From contig CBDEFM010000002.1 in the NCBI GenBank assembly GCA_965237415.1, forward strand, positions 1,888,001 to 1,952,000: DNA of 64,000 bases. The letters run 5' to 3'. The stretch comes from Alphaproteobacteria bacterium. Its GTDB lineage: Bacteria; Pseudomonadota; Alphaproteobacteria; UBA828. Both the position numbers and the translations under genes were made by a program. Every line of letters begins with the position of its first letter. Position 1 is the first letter of the stretch. Below are positions 53,391-61,113 of the stretch, piece by piece. The notes beneath the pieces were generated by a model, which saw only the letters and a program-made list of their open reading frames with translations, was not told the origin of the DNA and ran no database searches.

Positions 53391-53560
53391 GGTGGCAACC
53401 TCATTGAGCGATGGGGAGAAAGGCGCTTGTGCACGCGTTTGCGCGCGCCGGGGGGGCCTCCGGCGCGGCGGAAAATGACAGAAGAGCCCGGCGAGCGCAA
53501 CCGGGGTGCGGGTCGGCGACCCCACCCTGGTAGCAAGCGGGCATGGGCATGGGATGGGCC

Positions 53561-53660
53561 GGGCCGCAAAGCGGCCCGGAGCGCGCGACCGCGCGCCGCG
53601 CCGAATGGCGCGTAGCCAAGCGAGCGGAGCGAGCGCCCGGCGCCTGAGGGTCAAGAACAA
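53561..53660 (+). repeat. Multi-hairpin interspersed element, copy B
   Basis: GGGCCGC-AAA-GCGGCCC and GCGCGC-N4-GCGCGC hairpins, then the segment matching 37471-37524 and an A-rich end. Confidence 0.72.
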
Positions 53661-53728
53661 GTCGCCGGGCTGGTGCGGGCCGGGTGCGCTGGTATAGTGC
53701 GCGCGCCTTCAGATCCGGGAGAGGACGA

Positions 53729-54583
53729 ATGAAGCTGTTGCGAGTTGGCGAGGCGGGCGCCGAGCGGCCGGCCGTGATGCAGGACGACGGAACCATCATC
53801 GATGTATCGAGCGCGGTCGGCGAGATCGACGGCGCCTGGCTCGAAGGCGGCGGCGTCGGGCGGTTGGCGGCAGTCCTGGCCGAAGGCGCCGGCCGCTTCC
53901 CGATCGTCGATGCCGGCACGCGAATCGGCCCGCCGATTGCGCGGCCCGGGCACCTCATCGCCATCGGCCTCAACTTCGCCGATCACGCCAAGGAAGCGGG
54001 GATGGACCTGCCGACGGAGCCGGTGGTTTTCTCCAAGGCGCCGAGCTCTTATAGCGGGCCGGACGACGACGTGCTGATCCCGCGCGGCAGCACCAAGACC
54101 GACTGGGAGGTCGAGCTCGGTGTGGTGATCGGCCGCAGCGCCGAAAACCTGCCGGACGACGACGCGGCCATGGCCCATGTCGCCGGCTACTGCATCTGCA
54201 ACGACGTCTCCGAGCGCGACTTCCAGCTCCAGCGCGGCCCCACCTGGATCAAGGGCAAGTCGGCGCGGACCTTCTGCCCCACCGGCCCGTGGCTGGTCAC
54301 CCCCGACGAGATTCCCGACCCCCAGAGCCTCGCCATGTCGCTCACCGTCAACGGCGAGATGCGGCAGACCGGCAGCACGGCGACCATGATCTTCGGCGTT
54401 GCCCACCTCGTCCGCTACCTCAGCAAGTTCATGGTGCTGGACGCGGGCGATCTGATCTCGACCGGCACCCCGCCCGGGGTCGGCATGGGCATGAAGCCGC
54501 CGGTCTACCTCAAGCCCGGCGACGTGATGGAACTCGAGATCGAGGGCCTCGGCCGCCAGCGGCAGACGCTCCGCCAAGGGTAG
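53729..54583 (+). CDS. Fumarylacetoacetate hydrolase family protein
   Basis: IGLNFADH, DWEVELG, NDVSERD, TGTPPGVG. Confidence 0.92.
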   Translation: MKLLRVGEAGAERPAVMQDDGTIIDVSSAVGEIDGAWLEGGGVGRLAAVLAEGAGRFPIVDAGTRIGPPIARPGHLIAIGLNFADHAKEAGMDLPTEPVVFSKAPSSYSGPDDDVLIPRGSTKTDWEVELGVVIGRSAENLPDDDAAMAHVAGYCICNDVSERDFQLQRGPTWIKGKSARTFCPTGPWLVTPDEIPDPQSLAMSLTVNGEMRQTGSTATMIFGVAHLVRYLSKFMVLDAGDLISTGTPPGVGMGMKPPVYLKPGDVMELEIEGLGRQRQTLRQG

Positions 54584-54668
54584 CCGCCGCAGCCTGACGC
54601 CGGCCGGCACCGTTTGACAGGGGTGCGGGCGCTCCCTATGGTGCGCCGCCCCTCGATGAGAGGATGAC

Positions 54669-54794
54669 ATGAAGGTCTTCAACTCGCTGCGCGCCGCCAA
54701 GAAGCGGCACAAGGATTGCCAGATCGTGCGCCGCAAGGGCCGCGTCTTCGTCATCAACAAGCGCAACCCGCGCTTCAAGGCGCGCCAGGGCTGA
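54669..54794 (+). CDS. rpmJ: 50S ribosomal protein L36, type B without zinc ribbon (absent from ORF track)
   Basis: [41 protein letters not shown], 41 aa, GAGGA RBS. Confidence 0.96.
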   Translation: MKVFNSLRAAKKRHKDCQIVRRKGRVFVINKRNPRFKARQG

Positions 54795-54918
54795 TCGCGC
54801 CGGACCGCTGCAGCCCTGCCGGCACAGCGCCCGCCTGCATTGACGGGCGGCGCGTGCGCACCGACAATCCGCCCCGTCCAACAACGAGGGCCCCGGCCGG
54901 GCCTCGGAAGGTGCTGCC

Positions 54919-56409
54919 GTGATTGCGATGCCGGAGCCCGACGCGGGCGTCATCAGCCAGCGGCAGTCCCTGGTCGCAGCGCTGCGCAAGTTGCTGCCCG
55001 AGGACTGCGTCATCGACGACGAGCGCGGTCTGCGCCCCTTCGAGTGCGACGGCCTCAGCGCCTACCGGGCACTGCCCATGGTCGTCGTCCTGCCGCGCGA
55101 TACGGGCGAAATCAGCCGCGTGCTGGCGCTCTGCCACGATCGGGGGGTCAAGATCGTGCCTCGCGGCGCCGGCACCGGGCTTTCGGGCGGGGCGCTGCCG
55201 CTCGCCGACGGGGTCACCGTGGGCTTCGGCAAGCTCAACCGGATCCTCGAGATCGACACCGCCAACCGCTGCGCCGTGGTCCAGCCTGGCGTCGCCAACC
55301 TCGCTATCAGCACGGCGGTGAGCCCCTACGGCTTCTACTATGCGCCGGACCCCTCCAGCCAGATTTCCTGCTCGATCGGCGGCAACGTCGCCGAGAATTC
55401 CGGCGGCGTGCACTGCCTCAAGTACGGGCTCACCACCAACAACCTGCTCGGTATCGAGATGGTGCTGATGGATGGCGAGGTCCTGCGCCTCGGCGGCAAG
55501 CAATTCGATGCCGAGGGCTACGACATGCTCGGCGTCGTGACCGGGTCCGAGGGGCTGCTCGGTGCCGTCACCGAGGTGACGGTGCGCATACTCCCCAAGC
55601 CCGCCACGGTGCGCGCGCTCCTTCTCGGCTTCCCCGACAACGCCTCGGCCGGCGCCTGCGTGGGCGAGATCATCGCCGCCGGAATCATCCCGGCAGGGCT
55701 GGAGATGATGGACAAGCCGGCGATCGAGGCGGCGGAGAGCTTCTGCCAGCCCGGCTATCCCATGGATGTCGCCGCAATCCTGATTTGCGAGCTCGACGGG
55801 CCGGAGGTGGAGGTCGACGAGCTCGTCGCCCTGGTGGGCGACCTCGCCCGCAAGTCGGGAGCGACGACGATCCGCGGGAGCAGGGACGAGGCGGAGCGGG
55901 AGCGCTTCTGGCTCGGCCGCAAGTCCGCCTTCGGCGCCGCAGGCCGCATGGCGCCCGACTATTACGTCATGGACGGCACCATCCCGCGCGCCCGCCTGCC
56001 CGAAGTCCTGACCCGGATCGGCGAACTTTCCCGCGAATACGACTTGCCGGTCGCCAATGTCTTTCACGCGGGCGACGGCAATCTGCATCCGCTCATCATG
56101 TACGATTCCAGCATCCCCGGCGCCCTTCAGCGCACCGAGGAGATGGGCTCGAAAATTCTCAAGCTCTGCGTCGAGGTGGGCGGCGTGCTGACCGGCGAGC
56201 ACGGCGTCGGCGTCGAGAAGCGCGACCTGATGGGTGCGATGTTCACCGAGGACGACCTCAAGCAGCAGCAGCGCATCAAGTGCGCTTTCGATCCCGACCA
56301 GCTGCTCAACCCCGGCAAGGTCTTCCCGACGCTCCACCGCTGCGCCGAGCTCGGCCAGATGCACGTGCACCGGGGCGAGACGCCGTTTCCCGACCTGCCC
56401 CGCTTCTGA
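54919..56409 (+). CDS. glcD: Glycolate oxidase FAD-linked subunit
   Basis: PRGAGTGLSGG, APDPSSQ, HAGDGNLHP, GEHGVG. Confidence 0.93.
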   Translation: MIAMPEPDAGVISQRQSLVAALRKLLPEDCVIDDERGLRPFECDGLSAYRALPMVVVLPRDTGEISRVLALCHDRGVKIVPRGAGTGLSGGALPLADGVTVGFGKLNRILEIDTANRCAVVQPGVANLAISTAVSPYGFYYAPDPSSQISCSIGGNVAENSGGVHCLKYGLTTNNLLGIEMVLMDGEVLRLGGKQFDAEGYDMLGVVTGSEGLLGAVTEVTVRILPKPATVRALLLGFPDNASAGACVGEIIAAGIIPAGLEMMDKPAIEAAESFCQPGYPMDVAAILICELDGPEVEVDELVALVGDLARKSGATTIRGSRDEAERERFWLGRKSAFGAAGRMAPDYYVMDGTIPRARLPEVLTRIGELSREYDLPVANVFHAGDGNLHPLIMYDSSIPGALQRTEEMGSKILKLCVEVGGVLTGEHGVGVEKRDLMGAMFTEDDLKQQQRIKCAFDPDQLLNPGKVFPTLHRCAELGQMHVHRGETPFPDLPRF

Positions 56410-57674
56410 TGGCCGAGAGCCTGGCCCCGACCGATGCGGACGGCCTCGCGGACGCCGTCCGCTGGGCAGTTGCGGGCGAACACCCGCTCGAAGTCTTAGC
56501 CGGCGGCTCCAAGCAAACGCTGGGCCGCCCGGTGCAGAGCGCGGCGACCGTCTCGCTCGCCGCGTTCGACGGCATTGTCGACTATCAACCCTCCGAGCTG
56601 GTGCTGACGGCACAGGCGGCGACACCGCTCGCCACCATCGAGGTCGCACTCGAGGCCGAGCGGCAGATGCTGGCGTTCGAGCCTGCGGACTATGGGACTC
56701 TGCTCCGCGCGCCCGGCGGTGCCGACCTCCGCGCGACTGGCGGCGCGACGCTCAGCGCGCCTGGCGGCGCGACTCTGGGCGGCGCACTGGCCTGCAACCT
56801 CTCGGGCCCGCGCCGGATCAAGGCGGGCGCCGCGCGCGATCACTTCCTCGGCATGCATGCGGTGAGCGGGCGGGGCGAGCGCTTCAAGGCCGGTGGCCGC
56901 GTGGTCAAGAACGTGACCGGCTACGATGTCTGCAAGCTGCTCGCGGGCTCCTACGGCACGCTCGCGCTCATGCACGAGGTGACGGTCAAGGTCCTGCCGG
57001 CGCCGGAGCGGACGCGCACGGTCCTGGTGTTCGGCTTGGAGCCGGGCGCGGCTCTCGATGCCCTCGGCGCGGCGCTCGGGAGCGCCCACGAGGTCTCGGG
57101 CGCCGCCCACATGCCGGCTGAGATCGCGGCACGCTCGGCGGTCTCCTACGTCTCAGGCGCCGGCGCCGCAGTCAGCGCCGTGCGGGTCGAGGGCTTCCCC
57201 GCGTCGGTGGAGGCACGCTGCGAGGCATTGCGCGCGTTGCTCGGGCGCTTCGGCGCGGTCGAGGAACTCCACTCGAAGAACTCGGCGATGCTCTGGCGCG
57301 AGATCCGCGACGTCCGGGCCTTTGCCGGTGACGGCAGGCCGCTCTGGCGCCTCTCCGTGCCGCCGGCATCGGGCGCGGCTGCGGCCGCGCGCGTGGCAGA
57401 GGCGGCGGACGTGCGTGCCCTCTTCGACTGGGGCGGCGGACTCCTCTGGCTCGCGGTCGACGGCGCGCCGGACGCGGGCGAAGCCCCGGTGCGCGCTGCC
57501 GCTGCGGCAGCGGGCGGGCACGCGACCCTGGTCCGCGCCGATGCGCCGACGAGAGCGGCGCGCGCAGTATTTCAGCCCCAGACGACGGGGCTTGCGGCGC
57601 TGACCGCGCGCATCAAGCGCGCCTTCGATCCGACCGGCGTGCTCAATCCCGGGCGCATGTACGCGGGCGTGTAG
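56409..57674 (+). CDS. glcE: Glycolate oxidase FAD-binding subunit
   Basis: Y.PSELV, SGPRR, GGRVVKNVTGYD, DWGGGL; TGATG overlap with glcD. Confidence 0.92.
   Translation: MAESLAPTDADGLADAVRWAVAGEHPLEVLAGGSKQTLGRPVQSAATVSLAAFDGIVDYQPSELVLTAQAATPLATIEVALEAERQMLAFEPADYGTLLRAPGGADLRATGGATLSAPGGATLGGALACNLSGPRRIKAGAARDHFLGMHAVSGRGERFKAGGRVVKNVTGYDVCKLLAGSYGTLALMHEVTVKVLPAPERTRTVLVFGLEPGAALDALGAALGSAHEVSGAAHMPAEIAARSAVSYVSGAGAAVSAVRVEGFPASVEARCEALRALLGRFGAVEELHSKNSAMLWREIRDVRAFAGDGRPLWRLSVPPASGAAAAARVAEAADVRALFDWGGGLLWLAVDGAPDAGEAPVRAAAAAAGGHATLVRADAPTRAARAVFQPQTTGLAALTARIKRAFDPTGVLNPGRMYAGV
56703..56774 (+). repeat. 3 x 24-bp in-frame tandem repeat inside glcE
   Basis: Encodes LRAPGGAD / LRATGGAT / LSAPGGAT. 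Confidence 0.85.
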
Positions 57675-57679
57675 CGAGG

Positions 57680-58984
57680 ATGCAGACCCAGTTCTCCGAG
57701 AGCCAGCTGGCGCACCCGGCGCTGGCCCAGGCCAACGAGGTGCTCCGCACCTGCGTCCATTGCGGGCTTTGCCTCTCCACCTGCCCCACCTATGCGCTGC
57801 TCGGCGACGAGCGGGACAGCCCGCGCGGGCGCATCTACCTGATCAAGGACATGCTGGAGCAGGACGCGCCGGCGGACGCCACGGTGACCCGTCACATCGA
57901 CCGCTGCCTCTCCTGCCTCTCCTGCATGACGACCTGCCCGGCGGGCGTCGATTACATGCACCTGGTCGATCACGCGCGCGGCCACATCGAACGAACTTGG
58001 GAACGCCCGCCCGCCGAGCGCGCGCTGCGCACGTTGCTCAGCACCATATTGCCGCGCCCGGGCCTCGCGCGCCTCGCGCTCATGGCTGCGCGCGGTCCGT
58101 CCCTGTTGGCGCCGCTCTTCGGCGGGCGCATCGGTGCGCTGTTGCGCCTCGCGGGCCGCCCGTCCTATGGGCCGAGCTGGGTCGAGCGGCCGCAGGTGAT
58201 CGCCGCCCAGGGCCGGCGCCGCAAGCGTGTGGCGCTGCTCATGGGCTGCGTGCAGTGCACCCTCGCGCCCGAAATCAACGAGGCGGCGGTCCGCGTGCTC
58301 ACCCGCCACGGCTGCGAGGTCGTGGTGCCGCGCGGTGCCGGCTGCTGCGGCGCGCTCTCGCACCACCTGGGCGACGAAGCGCGCGGCCGGGCCCAAGCCG
58401 GGCGCACGGCAGCCGCATTCGCGCGGGAGGCCGCTGAAGGCGGGCTCGACGCGGTCGTCGCCACGGCATCCGGCTGCGGGACGATGCTCAAGGACTACGG
58501 CCATCTGCTGAAGGACGACGGGGCCCATGCCGCCGACGGAGCACAGGTGGCGGCGCTTGCCCGCGATATCAGCGAGGTGCTCGACGAGCTTGGCCTCACG
58601 TGCGACGGGCGAGCGCCCACGAGTGCGCCCGTCGCCTATCATTCGGCCTGCTCGCTACAGCACGGTCAGCGGATCGACCGCCAGCCGAGGGCGCTCCTCG
58701 CGGCCGCCGGCTTCACCGTGCGAACGGTCCCGGATGGACATTTCTGCTGCGGCTCGGCGGGAACTTATAATATTCTTCAGCCGGACCTCGCCGGGGCACT
58801 CGGCGCGCGCAAGGCGGCGGCGATCGAGAGCACCGGTGCCGCGTTCGTGGCCGCCGGTAACATCGGCTGCATGGTGCAGATCGCCAGCCACACCGCGCTG
58901 CCGGTGGTGCACACGGTCGAGCTCCTCGACTGGGCGACCGGCGGGCCGTGTCCTTCGGCGCTGCAACAGACGGCCGCAGCGTAA
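57680..58984 (+). CDS. glcF: Glycolate oxidase iron-sulfur subunit
   Basis: MQTQF, CVHCGLCLSTCP, CLSCLSCMTTCP, CCG domains. Confidence 0.94.
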   Translation: MQTQFSESQLAHPALAQANEVLRTCVHCGLCLSTCPTYALLGDERDSPRGRIYLIKDMLEQDAPADATVTRHIDRCLSCLSCMTTCPAGVDYMHLVDHARGHIERTWERPPAERALRTLLSTILPRPGLARLALMAARGPSLLAPLFGGRIGALLRLAGRPSYGPSWVERPQVIAAQGRRRKRVALLMGCVQCTLAPEINEAAVRVLTRHGCEVVVPRGAGCCGALSHHLGDEARGRAQAGRTAAAFAREAAEGGLDAVVATASGCGTMLKDYGHLLKDDGAHAADGAQVAALARDISEVLDELGLTCDGRAPTSAPVAYHSACSLQHGQRIDRQPRALLAAAGFTVRTVPDGHFCCGSAGTYNILQPDLAGALGARKAAAIESTGAAFVAAGNIGCMVQIASHTALPVVHTVELLDWATGGPCPSALQQTAAA

Positions 58985-59067
58985 CGCCACCGGGCAGGAA
59001 CTGACGCTGGGGAGAGCGACATCGGGTCGAGCCTTCGTTCGGATCGCCCGATGCCAGGCAGGACACT

Positions 59068-59406
59068 ATGGACGTGACGACGGAACGAGAGGACGGCGTG
59101 CTGTCGGTGCAGGTGGAGGGGCGCATCGATGGCTCCACCGTGCTCGCGTTCCACGAGGCGATCGAGACCGCGCTTAAGGACGGCGACCACGCCGTGATCG
59201 TGGACTGCGAGAGGCTGAGTTACATCGGCAGCGCGGGTCTTCGCACCATGCTTTCGATCGCCAAGGCCGTTTCCAACCGCGATGCACACTTTGCGCTCTG
59301 CGCGCTTTCGGATCCGGTGCTGAAGATCTTCGAGAAGAGCGGCTTCGATACGATCATCACGATCCGCCCGTCACGAACCGAGGCGCTCGCCGCGATCGCC
59401 GACTAA
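59068..59406 (+). CDS. STAS domain anti-sigma factor antagonist (RsbV/SpoIIAA-like)
   Basis: GRID, D...LSYIGSAGLR (phospho-acceptor Ser), SGFD. Confidence 0.9.
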   Translation: MDVTTEREDGVLSVQVEGRIDGSTVLAFHEAIETALKDGDHAVIVDCERLSYIGSAGLRTMLSIAKAVSNRDAHFALCALSDPVLKIFEKSGFDTIITIRPSRTEALAAIAD

Positions 59407-59455
59407 ACCGAGCCGCTCCGAGCGGCGCGGTCGAACCGGGCCGGCGCGAGGGCAA

Positions 59456-60400
59456 TCACAGCCCGATTGCTTTCTGCGCCTCCTCGGTGAGCGCGATGCC
59501 CGCGTTTGCCGTGGCATCCGCCAGCACATCGATCCACTGCTGGCCATGGGCGGCGACGCGATGAGTGAGGCCGATCCGCCGCGAGGGCTCGGGCGCGGCA
59601 AAGCGAAGGAAGCTCAGGCCGGGAACGATTGCGCGTTCGGTAAGCGCGGCCGTTTCGGGCAGGAGCGTCAGTCCCGCGCCGCTTGCGACAAGCCTCGACA
59701 ACGTGGCGAGCGACTCTGCACCGCGGCGCACCTCCCGCGTGCGCCACATCAAGGAGGCGCCGAGAACCTGGTCGGCCAGACAATGGCCGTCGCCGAGCGT
59801 AAGGAGCGGCCCGATATCCGCCCGTGCCAGATCCGACGGACGCAGGTCATCGCCGAGTGTGCGGCGGATCGAAGCAAGGCGCTCGGTTCGGCCGGCGAGC
59901 ACAAGGCGTTCCTCGAAGAGCTCGCGTTCGGGCAGCTCCAGCAGCCCCAGCGGGAGCGAGACGACCGCCGCGTCGAGACGGCCGGCAAGCAGGCTGGACA
60001 CGAGGTCCTGCCCCGGCGCCTCCAGGATGTCGAGCTCGATACGGGGCGAGGCGTCGTGCAAATTTTTCAGCAGTCCCGAGATCAGGTAAGGCGCGAGCGT
60101 AGAGACGATCCCGACGGAGACCCTGAGGGGGCCCGTCTCGAATCTCTGGCCCAGGTTCTGGAGGAGCAGTGTTTCGTCCAGGATCCGAAGGGTCTGCTCA
60201 TGCGCTTCCCGGCCGAGCGGCGTGAGCAGAATGCCGCGGCTCTCCCGCTCCACCAGAGGCCCGCCGAGAGAGGACTCGAGTTCGCGGATCTGGAGCGAGA
60301 GCGCAGGCTGCGAAACGTGAACGCTCTCGGCCGCCCGGCTGAAGGAGCCATGTTCGATCAACGCCTGGAAGTAGCGCAGCTGACGCAATGTGACCGGCAT
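59456..60400 (-). CDS. LysR family regulator, OxyR-like
   Basis: TLRQLRYF, SFSRAA..VHVSQPALSLQI, TLAPYL, DGHCL.DQ, SLATL..LVASGAG.TLLP. Confidence 0.88.
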   Translation of the reverse strand: MPVTLRQLRYFQALIEHGSFSRAAESVHVSQPALSLQIRELESSLGGPLVERESRGILLTPLGREAHEQTLRILDETLLLQNLGQRFETGPLRVSVGIVSTLAPYLISGLLKNLHDASPRIELDILEAPGQDLVSSLLAGRLDAAVVSLPLGLLELPERELFEERLVLAGRTERLASIRRTLGDDLRPSDLARADIGPLLTLGDGHCLADQVLGASLMWRTREVRRGAESLATLSRLVASGAGLTLLPETAALTERAIVPGLSFLRFAAPEPSRRIGLTHRVAAHGQQWIDVLADATANAGIALTEEAQKAIGL

Positions 60401-60692
60401 GTCCTGTCCCCATGGGCGCGACCGCAGCGAGGGAAGCGATCCAGGCCCAGCGTGAGCGAGAGAGTGCCCCGGCAACGGGGCCATCAGATGGAACGTGAGA
60501 CCACCTCGAAGGCCGGGCCTAGACCGATCCGGCGCTGCGGTCCTCAACCGCGCGAGCCCGGCTGAGGTTGGGAAGCGAGGGCTGCCTCAGAGGGCAGTGC
60601 CCCTGCCTCGGGGCGACACGGCGAACGGCGGGTTCGACAAACGGAGAACGAATCTCCTGGCCTATGCCGCCGTAGCTGCTGCGACCGGGCCG

Positions 60693-60913
60693 CTACGATG
60701 CCCCACGCGGCCCGGTTCGGTATGCCGCGGTGAGAACCGTCTCGCCGACGATACCCTCCGCCTCGGCTGCGTCCGTTTCCCGGATCGCGATCCTGCCTGC
60801 TCGTCGATAGTCCCTATACTGCCGACGATCCCTTCCGTCTCGGCGTCGTCGATCGCCTAAGCCTTCTCGTCGGACTTGTCGCCCTTGCCGGGCGCCGTCT
60901 CCCTCTCATCCAT
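60693..60913 (-). pseudogene. Disrupted small acidic peptide gene with two AE(T/A)EGIVG cassettes
   Basis: GGGAGG RBS and ATG 60913; TAG at codon 19; 24-bp repeats at 60821-60844 and 60744-60767 in different frames. Confidence 0.45.
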
Positions 60914-61061
60914 CGTGCTTTCCTCCCTTCGTGACGAGTTTTATTCTTGGCCTTGGGTGACACCGGACAATGCGTCTTCGGTCACCCCCACTCTTTGTTA
61001 AGCTTGCATCTTTGTGATGGTATGCCAAAAGAATTACCGCTACCGAATCCTGTGTTCTTCG

Positions 61062-61076
61062 ATAAGTTGAACTTAT
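61062..61076. promoter_or_regulatory. LysR-type (T-N11-A) palindromic operator
   Basis: ATAAGTT-G-AACTTAT perfect inverted repeat in AT-rich intergenic DNA. Confidence 0.55.
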
Positions 61077-61113
61077 ACGGCTCATCCCCGCAGGGCGGCG
61101 GGCATGCGCGCAA

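Noticed and set aside
54840-56408. 944-aa ORF suggesting a long GlcE fusion (similarly 141-1829, 41360-43678, 4076-5926)
   Set aside because: The upstream parts are stop-free off-frame overlaps with the preceding gene; true starts are downstream at recognisable N-termini
60857-60859. In-frame TAG as pyrrolysine or other recoding
   Set aside because: No pyl genes in the window, TAG is a normal stop for many genes here (e.g. lepA, rpoD), and a frameshift also breaks the ORF
61000-61030. Possible sigma54 promoter (TTGGCA...TGCA on minus strand)
   Set aside because: GG-to-GC spacing does not fit the strict GG-N10-GC requirement
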